Position numbers and translations under genes: made by a program. The notes beneath the pieces were generated by a model that saw nothing but the letters and a program-made list of their open reading frames with translations, was not told the DNA's origin and ran no database searches. This document shows, in pieces, positions 32,237 to 42,136 of a stretch of 64,000 bases of DNA. Each line of letters starts with the position of its first letter. The stretch's first letter is position 1. The DNA comes from an uncultured Gemmatimonadales bacterium (GTDB lineage: Bacteria > Gemmatimonadota > Gemmatimonadetes > Longimicrobiales > Gaopeijiaceae): assembly GCA_963823035.1 (NCBI GenBank), contig CAWGKG010000004.1, positions 128,001 to 192,000 on the forward strand, given 5' to 3'.

Positions 32237-33510
32237 ATGAGTCGATCGGAGGAAGACCCGCCGCGGCCTCTCTCGGCGTGCGTGGCTGGCCGGCGCGTCC
32301 GGCGCGGTGGCCGCAGGACTGGTGAGGACGCGGTTCGACGCGGTCGACCTCCTCGCGCAGGAGGCTCGCCCGACACGGGCCGCCGCGCCCGCGCCCTCGA
32401 CCGGCGCCGTGGTCTCGGAGCTCGGTGCGCGGGCCCCGGGCGAGCGGCTGCGACGCCTCGCCGGCGCCCCCGTCCCCGCATCCAGCTCCCGGACGCCGAT
32501 CCACCTCCTCGACGGGATCCTGACGCCGGCGGACCTCCACTTCGAGCGCCATCACGGAGGGCGTGCCGGCCGTGACGGCCGAGGACTACGAGCTGCTGAT
32601 CCACGGGATGGTGGATCGACCCACGGTCTTCCGGCTGGCGGATCTGAAGCGATACCCGGCGGTGTCGCGCCTCGCCTTCCTCGAGTGCTCGGGCAACGGC
32701 GGGGCGGGGTACGCCCCGAACGCGCCGGGCGAGCTGACGCCGCAGCAGATCGACGGGCTGCTGAGCACCAGCGAGTGGATCGGGGTCCCGGTCGCCACCC
32801 TGCTGCGCGAGGTGGGGGTACGGCCGGGCGCGTCCTGGCTGCTGGCGGAGGGTGGGGACGCCTCGCACCTGGCGCGCAGCGTCCCGCTCGACAAGGCGAT
32901 GGACGACGCGCTCCTCGCCTGGGGCCAGAACGGGGAGGCGCTGCGGCCGGAGCAGGGGTACCCGGCTCGTCTCTTCCTCCCCGGGTGGGAGGGGAACACG
33001 AACGTGAAGTGGATCCGGCGCATCGAGGTCACGGACCGGCCGACGATGACGCGCGAGGAGACGTCGAAGTACACCGATCCGCTCGACGACGGCACGGCGC
33101 GCCAGTTCAGCTTCGTGATGGACGCCAAGTCCGTCATCACCTTCCCGGCCTACCCGTTCGCGCTCCCGGAGCGCGGGTGGTGGGAGGTGCGGGGGCTGGC
33201 GTGGAGTGGGCGCGGCCGGGTCACCCGCGTCGATGTGAGCACCGACGGAGGGCGAACGTGGACGCGGGCGCGGCTCCAGGAGCCCGTCCTGCCGAAGTGC
33301 ACCGTACGCTTCCGTCATCTGTGGGCGTGGGACGGGCGCGACGCGGTGCTCATGAGCCGCGCCGTGGACGAGACCGGCTACACGCAGCCGACCTACCGGC
33401 AGCTCGTGGCCGCGCGCGGCGCCCGTACCTCCTACCATCAGAACAACATTCGGCCGTGGAAGGTCGCCCGCGACGGGACGGTGACGTTCGCGCTGGGAGA
33501 CACGTTGTGA
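32237..33510 (+). CDS. soxC: SoxC-like molybdopterin sulfite/sulfane dehydrogenase, frameshifts ~32275 and ~32560
   Basis: AGGAGG RBS, GILTPADLHFERHHGG, FLECSGN (Mo-ligand Cys), QNGEALRPEQGYP, PGWEGNTNVKW, GLAWSGRG. Confidence 0.88.
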
Positions 33511-34115
33511 GGGCGCCGTGGTGGGCCGCGCTGGCCGCGCCGGCCGCCGTGGTGCTCGCGGGATGCGCGCCGCCCGATCCGCTTCCCGAGAGGGTCACCG
33601 CTGAAGTCGCGGTCGTCGCGAGACCCGAGCCCGGCCCCGCACGCTTCGGGTTCGGCCGCTCGGCGGACGCTGCGCGGGTTGCGCGGTGGGACATCGACGT
33701 CCGCCCGGACGGCACCGGCCTTCCAGCGGGGAAGGGGACGGTGGCCCGCGGCCACGAGGTCTTTCTGACGCGGTGCGCGGCCTGTCACGGTCCGACCGGC
33801 GCCGAGGGCCCGTACGACGTCCTCGTCGGGGGTCCCGCGTGGGGCTCGCGTGGCCCGCCCCGACCCCGCACGATCGGCAACTACTGGCCCTGGGCCACCA
33901 CCCTCTTCGACTACGTTCGCCGGGCGATGCCACAGAACGCGCCGGGCTCCCTCTCGGCCGACGACACCTACGCGGTGATCGCGTGGCTGCTGGCGCGGAA
34001 CGGCGTGGTGGCCGACGACGCGGTCCTGGACGCCTCCACCCTTCCGGCGGTGGTCATGCCGGCACGCGGGCGCTTCGTGCCGGACGACCGGAGGGGTGGG
34101 CCGGAGGTGCGATAG
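33507..34115 (+). CDS. soxD: SoxD-like monohaem cytochrome c
   Basis: GTGA overlap, WDIDVRPDGTGLPAGKG, CAACHG, TIGNYWPWATTLFDYVRRAMP. Confidence 0.85.
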   Translation: MRAPWWAALAAPAAVVLAGCAPPDPLPERVTAEVAVVARPEPGPARFGFGRSADAARVARWDIDVRPDGTGLPAGKGTVARGHEVFLTRCAACHGPTGAEGPYDVLVGGPAWGSRGPPRPRTIGNYWPWATTLFDYVRRAMPQNAPGSLSADDTYAVIAWLLARNGVVADDAVLDASTLPAVVMPARGRFVPDDRRGGPEVR

Positions 34116-34139
34116 TCGCGCGCGGGCACCGCGCCTCTC

Positions 34140-35603
34140 CTACCTTCCCATGACCGACGCGCGGTAGTCCAGCGGCGGGTCGCGGTCGCCCAGGAGCGGA
34201 CGGTACACGAAGTCGTCGCCACGGCGCTCCGCGAACTCCCTCCGGATCTCGGCGACCTTCGTGCCGTCCGTGAAGAGGTCCACGGCGCTGAAGGCCAGCG
34301 TCTTGGCCGCGACCATCATCCCCTTCTCGCCGATGGAGGTGCCGCCCGCCGCGATCGCCTGCCAGGAGTGGGCGGCCGTGCCCGGCACCCACGTGGCCGC
34401 CGACAGCGTACTGGTGGGGACCTTCCAGCTCACGTCGCCCGCGTCGGACGAGGCGTACGTCCGCTCCCACTCGAACGGCCGGATCTCGGCGGCCGTGGAG
34501 ATGGCGGGGTCCTTCGGGAGGTGCTGCTTGAGCAGCTCGGCGAAGTGCTGCTCCTTCGCGTCGTAGTGGACGCCGCCCACCTCCTGCAGGTTGTCGTAGA
34601 CGAGCTGCTGGAGGGCGACCACGGGGAGCCTCGAGTAGGCGCCACCGATCACCTCGTACTCCATCGTCGTGCCGGTGCCGGCCGCGGCGCCCTCGCCCGC
34701 CTTCACCAGCCGGTCGAAGATCGAGCGCACGACCTCGGGGTCGGGGTGGCGCACGTAGTAGTAGACCTCGGCGAAGTCGGGCACGACGTTCGGCGCGCTC
34801 CCGCCCGAGGTGATGACGTAGTGGATGCGCGTCTCCTGCGGCACGTGCTCGCGCATGAGGTTGGCCATGAAGTCCATCGCCTCGACCGCGTCGAGCGCGG
34901 AGCGGCCGCGGTCCGGGGCCGCCGCCGCGTGGGCGGACACGCCCTTGAAGCGGAACTTCGCCGACTTCACCGCGAGGTTCGAGCCCGGGCTGGCGCCGTT
35001 GCCGTCCCCCGGGTGCCAGGAGAGCACGACGTCCACGTCGTCGAAGAGCCCGGCGCGCACCATGTAGACCTTGCCCGAGCCACCCTCTTCGGCCGGCGTC
35101 CCGTACAGCCGGATCGTGCCGGCATGCCCCGTCTGCTTCAGCCACTCGGCGGCGGCGATCGCGGCGGCCGAGGAGGCGGTGCCGAAGAGGTGGTGTCCGC
35201 ATGCGTGCCCGGCGGGCTTCCCCTCGATGGGGCTCCGCTCCGGCACGCGGTCCTGGTTGATTCCGGGGAGGGCATCGAACTCCCCGAGGAGGCCGATCAC
35301 CGGCTTGCCGCTGCCGTACGTGGCGACGAACGCGGTCGGGATGCCGGCCACGCCGCGCTGGACCGTGAAACCGTGCGCCTCCAATTCGCCGGAGAGGAGC
35401 GCCGAGCTTTCCGTCTCCAGGTAGCCCACCTCGGCCAGGTCCCAGATCTTCATGGCGATGTCGTTGAACTCCTGCGTGCGCGCGTCCAGGAAGGACGCGA
35501 CGTCCGCCTTGGTCATCTGCGCGGCGAGTGGGGCGGCTGCGAGCAGCGGTAGCGCGGCGGCGAGCGCGCGCGGGAGGGTCCTGGCGAGGCGGGGGCGGGG
35601 CAT
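34140..35603 (-). CDS. M20 amidohydrolase (AbgB-like), secreted
   Basis: GEFDALPG, GHACGHHLFG, GTPAEEGGSGK, SSDAGDVSW, HSWQ. Confidence 0.92.
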   Translation of the reverse strand: MPRPRLARTLPRALAAALPLLAAAPLAAQMTKADVASFLDARTQEFNDIAMKIWDLAEVGYLETESSALLSGELEAHGFTVQRGVAGIPTAFVATYGSGKPVIGLLGEFDALPGINQDRVPERSPIEGKPAGHACGHHLFGTASSAAAIAAAEWLKQTGHAGTIRLYGTPAEEGGSGKVYMVRAGLFDDVDVVLSWHPGDGNGASPGSNLAVKSAKFRFKGVSAHAAAAPDRGRSALDAVEAMDFMANLMREHVPQETRIHYVITSGGSAPNVVPDFAEVYYYVRHPDPEVVRSIFDRLVKAGEGAAAGTGTTMEYEVIGGAYSRLPVVALQQLVYDNLQEVGGVHYDAKEQHFAELLKQHLPKDPAISTAAEIRPFEWERTYASSDAGDVSWKVPTSTLSAATWVPGTAAHSWQAIAAGGTSIGEKGMMVAAKTLAFSAVDLFTDGTKVAEIRREFAERRGDDFVYRPLLGDRDPPLDYRASVMGR

Positions 35604-35700
35604 GGTCGGCTCCTGAGGGATGTGCTTCCTTCCATGTGGAGCCCCGGGGGGCGTGCGTCAAGCGCCGCCGGGGAGAGACGACCAGCAGGGGGACGCATCC

Positions 35701-35979
35701 ATGAAGGCCACCGGCGACATCCAGGTGATCCCGATCGGCGTGGGCGTGTCCGTCCGCAAGGAAGTGCAGCGGGCGCACGCCATCCTGGAGGAAGCGGGCA
35801 TCCACGCCCAACTCCACCCGAACGGCACGAACGTGGAGGGGGAGCTCGATGACATCTTCGACGCGATCCGGCGCGTCCACGAGACACTGCACGCCGAGGG
35901 CACCGTGCGGCTGGCGACGTGGATCAAGATCGGAACGCGGACCGACAAGGAGGCGTCGCTGGCCGCGAAGATGTTCTAG
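35701..35979 (+). CDS. MTH1187/YkoF thiamine-binding-family protein
   Basis: IQVIPIG..SV..HPNGTNVEGELDDIF..H..KIGTRTDK. Confidence 0.85.
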   Translation: MKATGDIQVIPIGVGVSVRKEVQRAHAILEEAGIHAQLHPNGTNVEGELDDIFDAIRRVHETLHAEGTVRLATWIKIGTRTDKEASLAAKMF

Positions 35980-36011
35980 AGAGACCCGCGGCTGGCGCGT
36001 AGCTGTCGCCC

Positions 36012-36799
36012 ATGGCAAGTCCGGACGCCCCCCTGCATCACGACCTCGGCGACCGCGTGCGTCGCCGTTTCAGGCGCGCGGATCTCGAGGGCGTGCTCCC
36101 CTACCTCGTGGTGGGCGTGCTTGTTGGCGATCGCCATCGTCGCGCTCGGCCGGGACATCGAGCACCACCTCGACGCCATCGAGGCGTGGGTGGCGGCGCG
36201 GGGCCCGTGGGGTGTGATCGCGTTCATGGGCCTCTTCGTCGCGCTGACTTCGGCGCTGTTTCCCGAGTCCGCGCTCTCCATCGTCGCGGGGGCCCTCTTC
36301 GGGCTCACCGAAGGGCTGGCGGCCGTCGTCGTCGCGAGCCTCCTGGCGGCGGCGCTCCAGTTCGGCCTGTCGCGGAGCCTTCTGCGGGACCGGATCCAGC
36401 GGGCGCTGGCTGCGCGGCCGTCACTGGCCGCGATCCAGCGCGCCGCGCTCAGGGACGAGGTGAAGCTCCAGACGCTCCTCCGCCTGACGCCGCTGAGTCC
36501 CGCCTGGATCAGCTACGCGATGGGTGCCGCCGGCGTGCGCTTCTCCGGGTTCCTCCTGGCGTGCGTCGCGTTCGTCCCTACCCTCTTCCCGGAGGTCTAT
36601 TTCGGGTACGCCGGTAAGCACGTGGCCCGGATCGCCGGCCGCAGCGCCCGGGCCGTGATCGTGCACGACGTGGTGGTCTTCGCTGGCCTCGCCGCCGTGT
36701 TTGGTCGTGATGATCCTGGTCTCGCGAATGGCCAGGAGAGCGGTAATCGAGGCGGTGGCCGCGACCGATGCAGGGCGGTCTACCGGTGCCGTGGGATGA
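36012..36799 (+). CDS. DedA/TVP38 (VTT-domain) membrane protein, frameshifts ~36120 and ~36700
   Basis: LSIVAGALFG, LLRLTPLSP..ISYAMG..VRF, VYFGYAG. Confidence 0.82.
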
Positions 36800-37673
36800 A
36801 CCCTCACGTCATCTCGACGTTCGTCCTCGGCACCCACTGGCTCATCGTCGTCGGGCTGTCCGTCCGGGTGATCATGCGCCGTCCTCCCGTGGGCGTCTCG
36901 GTCGCGTGGCTCGCGGTGGTCTTCAGCGTGCCCTTCGTGGGTGCGGCCGTCTACCTGCTCTTCGGCGAGAAGCGCATCGGCCCCGGGCGGTCCGCGCGGA
37001 TCGCCGCCAATCTCCCCGGCGTGGAGCGGTGGCAGACGGCGCTCCGCAAGGAGCACGAGCGGAGGCTTCCGGCGTCATGGCCGGTGCGGAGTCCCTTCAC
37101 CGACATGCGGAGCGGCTGCTCGGCTTCCCCGCCCTCACCGGCAACGAGATCGAGCTGCTGGAGGACTTCGGCACCGTCTTCGACAGGATGGTGGCCGACA
37201 TCGACGGCGCCGAGCGCACGTGCCACGTCTCGTTCTACATCTGGCACGAGGGTGGGCGCACCGCGGACGTCGTGGACGCCCTCGTCCGGGCCGCACGCCG
37301 AGGTGTGCAGTGCCGCGCGCTCGCGGACGCGATGGGCAGCGAAGCGTTCCTCGAGGGGGCGACCGTGCGACGCCTGCGCGAGGCGGGCGTGGAGCTCTCG
37401 GCCGCCCTCCCCACCGGCCCTCTCCGCACGCTCATCGCCCGGGCGGATCTACGGAACCACCGGAAGATCGTCGTCGTGGACGATCGCGTGGCCTACACGG
37501 GGAGCCAGAACCTGGTCGACCCACGGTTCTTCAAGCAGGAATCCGGCGTCGGGCAGTGGGTGGACGCGATGGCGCGCCTCACCGGCCCTGTCGATCCGGC
37601 GGTGTGGCGTCGACGCCCGGCGTGGCATCGCTTCGCGGAGAACTCGTTCCGGCTGCTGTCGCCGCTGCTGTAG
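36796..37673 (+). pseudogene. cls: Cardiolipin synthase with the second PLD domain deleted
   Basis: PLDc_N (AWLAVVFSVPFVG..YLLFGE) and one HKD motif (RNHRKIVVVD..GSQN); ARLTGPV is joined directly to the C-terminal WRRRP..ENSFRLLSPLL. Confidence 0.8.
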
Positions 37674-37739
37674 GTCGCACCGCCCCCCTTCGACGTGCGG
37701 GTGACCGGATCGGCGGCACCTCCCATGGGGTGAGGGTGC

Positions 37740-38672
37740 TCACGTCTTCGCCGTCGCGGGCTCGGACTCGATGGGCACGAGGAGCACGGGACAGTCCGTT
37801 CGCGCGACGCAGGCCGCGGCGAAGCTACCGGAGACGAGCCCGGCGACCCCGGCCTTCCGGTGTGTCCGTACGATCAGGAGCGCCGCGCCGGATCGGTTCA
37901 CCGAGGCGAGCGTCTCACCCACCGGGTCGCCTCTCGTCACGTCGACCACGACGTCGCCCACCACTTCCCGTAGCTCGTCCGCCAGCTCCTCCAGAAGGCC
38001 GTGCGCATCCCGCGCTTCCAGGTCGAGGAGCGCCGCTACCGCGGTAGGTGCCACGCGGGCCTCCGCTCTGCGTGGCTGGGGCAGGGTCCCGCGGGTAGGC
38101 ACCACGGTCAGAAGCCTGAGCTGCGCACGAAGGGCGCCACCGAGGCTCGTCACCAGGCGCAGAGCGCCTGAGCCAGCGAAGGCGGGGTCGATCGCCACCA
38201 CCCACGGTCGGTTGCCCAGCCTCCATCCGCCGTCGGGGGCCGGCGCGCGTACCAACAGCACCGGGCGCACGCAGCGCTTCAGGGTCTGCTGGGCGATGTT
38301 GCCAAGGAGGATGTCCCGCCATCCACCCGAGCCGTGCGCGCACAGGACGATGAGATCGGCTTGGATCTCCTCGGCGTGGCCGGCCAGCGCCTCGGCGACG
38401 TTCTTCACGCCGGGTCCGTGGGCGTGGATGTCGACGGGCGTCCCGCTGCGCCTGAGCTTCTCGGCCCATCCTTCGAGGTAGCTCCTGGCCTCCTCGAGGC
38501 CGGCGAGGTGCGGGTCGCCGTGCACGGTGTCGGGAGGGCGAGCCTCCAGGATGTGGAGGAACGTGATCGCCGCACCCCACGCCGCGGCGATCTCGACCGC
38601 CGCGGGGACGGCGGACTCCGCCAGACCGGATCCGTCCAGAGGCACGAGGATCCGCCGAGGAATCGTGGTCAT
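37740..38672 (-). CDS. Universal stress protein (tandem USP domains)
   Basis: RILVPLDGS, ADLIVLCAHG..LGNIAQQ..PVLLVR; second domain ends CPVLLVP. Confidence 0.9.
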   Translation of the reverse strand: MTTIPRRILVPLDGSGLAESAVPAAVEIAAAWGAAITFLHILEARPPDTVHGDPHLAGLEEARSYLEGWAEKLRRSGTPVDIHAHGPGVKNVAEALAGHAEEIQADLIVLCAHGSGGWRDILLGNIAQQTLKRCVRPVLLVRAPAPDGGWRLGNRPWVVAIDPAFAGSGALRLVTSLGGALRAQLRLLTVVPTRGTLPQPRRAEARVAPTAVAALLDLEARDAHGLLEELADELREVVGDVVVDVTRGDPVGETLASVNRSGAALLIVRTHRKAGVAGLVSGSFAAACVARTDCPVLLVPIESEPATAKT

Positions 38673-39975
38673 CCGGACCCTCCGGAGAAGATGCTCACCA
38701 GCAGATAGGCGTTGAGGCCGAGGATCAGCACCGACACGGCCACCGACGCGGCGGTCGTGAGGGGGTGGTTCGTCAGCCCTCCCATGAGGGCCTTCCTCCG
38801 GGTGAAGAGGACGAGCGGGATCAAGGCGAAGGGAATGCCGAACGAGAGGAACACCTGGCTCAGGACCAGCGTGCGCGTGGGGTCGAGCCCGATGCCCAGG
38901 ACGATCAGCGCCGGGATCATGGTGACGGCACGACGGATCCAGACGGGGATGTGCCGATGCAGGAACCCTTGCATGATCATCTGGCCGGCCATGGTTCCGA
39001 CCGTCGACGACGCGAGCCCCGAAGCGATGAGGGCGATCGCGAAGGCCACGCCGGCCATGGGGCCGAGCAGCGGGGTGAGGGTCCGGTAGGCTTCCTCGAT
39101 CGAAGCTACTCCGGTGAGGCCCCGGGCGTGGAAGGTGGCGGCGGCCATGATGAGCATGGCGGCGTTGATGAGGCCGGCCAGACCCAGACCCAGCCCCACG
39201 TCCAGAAACTGGAAGCGGTACAGACGCCGGGCCTGACCGGGGACGTCGGCCGGATCCGGTGCTGGGTGAGGGAGGAGTGGAGGAAGATCACGTGCGGCAT
39301 CACGGTCGCGCCCAGCATGCCCACCGCCAGCACCACGCTTCCTTCCCCTCGAAGCGTGGCACCGTCGCCCCGTAAGAGCGCGGCCCAGTCGTGCTGCTCC
39401 AGCAGCGTCTCGATCAGGTAGCTGAGGGCGATGACGCCGACCATGGCCGTGATGACGGCTTCCAGGGGCCGGAATCCGGAGCGCTGAAGGCCGAGAATGA
39501 GGAACGTGGCCACACCCGTGAGCAGGGCGGCCGGAAAGAGAGGGATTCCGAACAGGAGGTTGAATCCCACGGCGGCGCCCACGAACTCGGCCAGGTCCGT
39601 GGCCATCGCGACCAGCTCCGCCACCACCCACATACCCCAGACCACGGGTCGCGAGAAGCTGTCCCGGCAGACTTCGGCCAGGTTGCGGCCGGTGGCGATC
39701 CCCAGCTTCGCCGACAGGAGCTGGATGAGCATGGCCATCAGGTTGCTGGCCACGATCACCCAGAGGAGCAGATACCCGAACTCAGCCCCGCCCTGGACGT
39801 TGGTGCGAAGTTCCCCGGGTCGACGTAGGCGCGGAGGCCAGAACGCGGGCCCGAGGAACGGCGTGAACCGTCGGTACCATGCCACGTCGCCGCCCCCGGC
39901 CAACACCTGGGCGGCGCGCGCGACGGCTTCGGCGTCGCTGGCTCCAGGCTCGTGCTTCAAGGGGGCGGCCCCCAC
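38669..39975 (-). CDS. mntH: Nramp-family divalent metal (Mn2+) transporter, frameshifts ~39820 and ~39220
   Basis: PFLGPAF..(YVDPGNF)..[45 protein letters not shown]. Confidence 0.9.
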
Positions 39976-40806
39976 CTACGTCCGCAGGGCCTTCAATCGA
40001 GCGATCCGCTCCTCGAGGGGGATGCGTGCTCATCAGCCGCCTCAGTCCGCCGCCGTGGATGCCGAAGGCGGCCAGCCCCCCCGGTAGTTGCGCCGGCGTC
40101 CTGCTGAGGGCCCGGAGTCGGTCGAGGGCAGAGACCATCGACGGCACGCCCTCCAACCGAGCGCCGCCTGCGTCCGCGCGGAATTCGCGCCTGCGTGAGA
40201 ACCACGCGAGGACGATGCTCGCCAGCATGCCGAAAACCACCTGGAGAGCGAGATAGATCAGGAAACGCCCCCGCCTGAACTGGCTCGCGACGACACGGGA
40301 GGCGAAGAGCACGAAGGTGTTGAGCACCCCCTGGATGAGCGTGAGCGTGACCATGTCCCCGTTGGCCACATGCGTCATCTCGTGGCCGAGCACGGCCTCG
40401 ATCTGATCACGGCTCATCGACTGCAGGAGTCCGGTGCTCACCGCCACCAGGGCGTTGTTGCGGGACATGCCGGTGGCGAACGCGTTCGCGTCCGGTGAGG
40501 GGAACACCGCGACCTTGGGTATCCCGACACCCGCCGCGGCCGCCTGGCGCCGGACCGTGTCCAGCAGCCAACCCAGGTCGCCGGCGGGCGCGGCGATGAC
40601 GCGGGCGCCGGTCGAGCGCTTCGCGATCCACTTGGACATCGCGAGGGAGATGAACGCCCGCCGAACCCGAAGAGCGCGCACCAGACGAGCAACTGGACGT
40701 AGGGAGCGTTCTGGGGGATCACGCCGAGGGCGGTGAGCACCGCCATGGCCACGGCGGCCGTGACCAACACAGCGAGGTTGGTGGCCAGGAAGAGCAGGAT
40801 TCTCAT
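39976..40806 (-). CDS. htpX: HtpX M48 zinc metalloprotease, frameshifts ~40660 and ~40020
   Basis: MRILLFLATNLAV, NAFATG, AVLGHEMTHVANGDMVT (HExxH), FSRRREFRAD, THPP. Confidence 0.92.
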
Positions 40807-40884
40807 GCGGACACTCTCCGAGGCAAGAGATGCGTGAGGGCCGTGTCGCGGCCCGGCGCGCCTGATTTCGAATTGAGGCCAAGG

Positions 40885-40910
40885 ATGGGGATTGTCCGCG
40901 CGTCTGCCAA
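40885..40910 (-). promoter_or_regulatory. Possible sigma32-like promoter upstream of htpX
   Basis: Minus strand TTGGCA-N14-CCCCAT; the -10 matches the RpoH consensus, the -35 is weak. Confidence 0.3.
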
Positions 40911-40950
40911 TGCACGTGCGCCGACGCACGGCGCCGCCGACTCGGCTGCC

Positions 40951-41270
40951 CTAGAGCCACCCCTTGCGTCGGAAGAACAGCATCTGGAGCGTCGCCGTGA
41001 CCACCAGGATCACACAGACGACGATGAACGCCCAGTGGCTGTTTACCCCCGGGATGCTCCGACGTTGATGCCGAGCAACCCGGTGAGGAGTCCGAGGGGG
41101 AGGAAGATGCCGGCCACCATCGACAGGACGTACATCGTCTTGTTCATCTGCTCCGAGAGGCGCCAGTTCAGCTCGTCCTGGGCCACGGCGGCCCGGCCCG
41201 GTCGTGAGTCGAGGTCCTTCATGAAGCGCAGCGTCCGGTCACCGATCTCGCGGAGGTGGGCACGATCGGG
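40951..41270 (-). pseudogene. CorA/ZntB-type metal transporter, C-terminal remnant
   Basis: HLREIGDRTLRF..MNKTMYVLSMVAGIFLPLGLLTGLLGINV (GIN motif) plus last TM AFIVVCVILVV..KGWL; N-terminal two-thirds missing. Confidence 0.8.
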
Positions 41271-41477
41271 CCGCCCCCGACGCGTTCCGGGTCCGGCCGA
41301 CGCACGTCGGGACCGTGCCCACGTTCTCCCTTGGTAGAAGCCTGTCCCCGGCATCGTAGAGAGGGGCGAGTGGGGTGGGTGTCCGCGACGGATCGGTCCG
41401 GCGTCACCGGCCCCGACGTGGCGCGACGGGGTAGACCGACGGTGGAGCTGCCCTGGACCGGGGAGCGGGAGGACAGG

Positions 41478-42063
41478 ATGAGGACTCGGAGGCGGAGCAC
41501 GGGGACGACGTGACTCGCGAGATCGCCCGTTCCCACGACGCTCGTCGGATTCGTGGCCACGCTCTTGTTCGGTGTCTCCTCGAAGGCGGGGGCCCAGACG
41601 CTCCTCGACAGCGTGGCCGGGCTCACCGTCCAGGGATCCAGCTTCGAGCATGCGCTTCAGCTCCTCAGCCGTTCGGACAGCGTGTCCCTGGTCAACAGCC
41701 CCGCCCTTCTTCCCCGTCACAGGCTCGTGGCTCGCGGCACGCCCGCGCAACCGTCGGCGAAGCCCTGCAGCGCATCCTCCGGGGCACGGGGCTGACGTTC
41801 CGGGCCGGCACCACCAACGTCCGCATCGTTCCGGCGCGAAGCGGCGCCGCTCCGGAAGCGGCGGGTACCATCGTCGGACGGGTGGTCGGTGGGGACGACG
41901 AGCCCGTGGTGAACGTCGTGGTCCAGTTGGACGAGGGCCGGAGCGTCCTTTTTCGGGCCCCGACGGATCGTTGCGGTTCCCGGCGGTGCCCGCAGGCACG
42001 CACCGCCTTCGTTCGACATCCATGGGCTGGGCGGAGAGCGTGCTGGAAGGCGTCAGGTGCTGA
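41478..42063 (+). pseudogene. N-terminal remnant of an STN-domain TonB-dependent receptor (SusC-like)
   Basis: GGAGG RBS plus ATG, in-frame TGA at 41511, signal peptide, FEHALQLL..TVGEALQRILRGTGLTF (STN), GTIVGRVV..VPAGTHRL; no plug or barrel follows. Confidence 0.65.
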
Positions 42064-42136
42064 ACGCCGGGACGAGGGGCCCTTGGCTTCCGCTGCGAGT
42101 TCTGAGGGTAACGTGTGACCAGGAAGGGAAGGACGC

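Noticed and set aside
30424..33438. 1004-aa ORF
   Set aside because: The N-terminal extension is antisense to soxC; the real TPR protein starts near 32080
41511..41513. In-frame TGA as selenocysteine or recoding
   Set aside because: It lies in a signal-peptide region of an otherwise degraded gene, and TGA is used as a normal stop throughout the window
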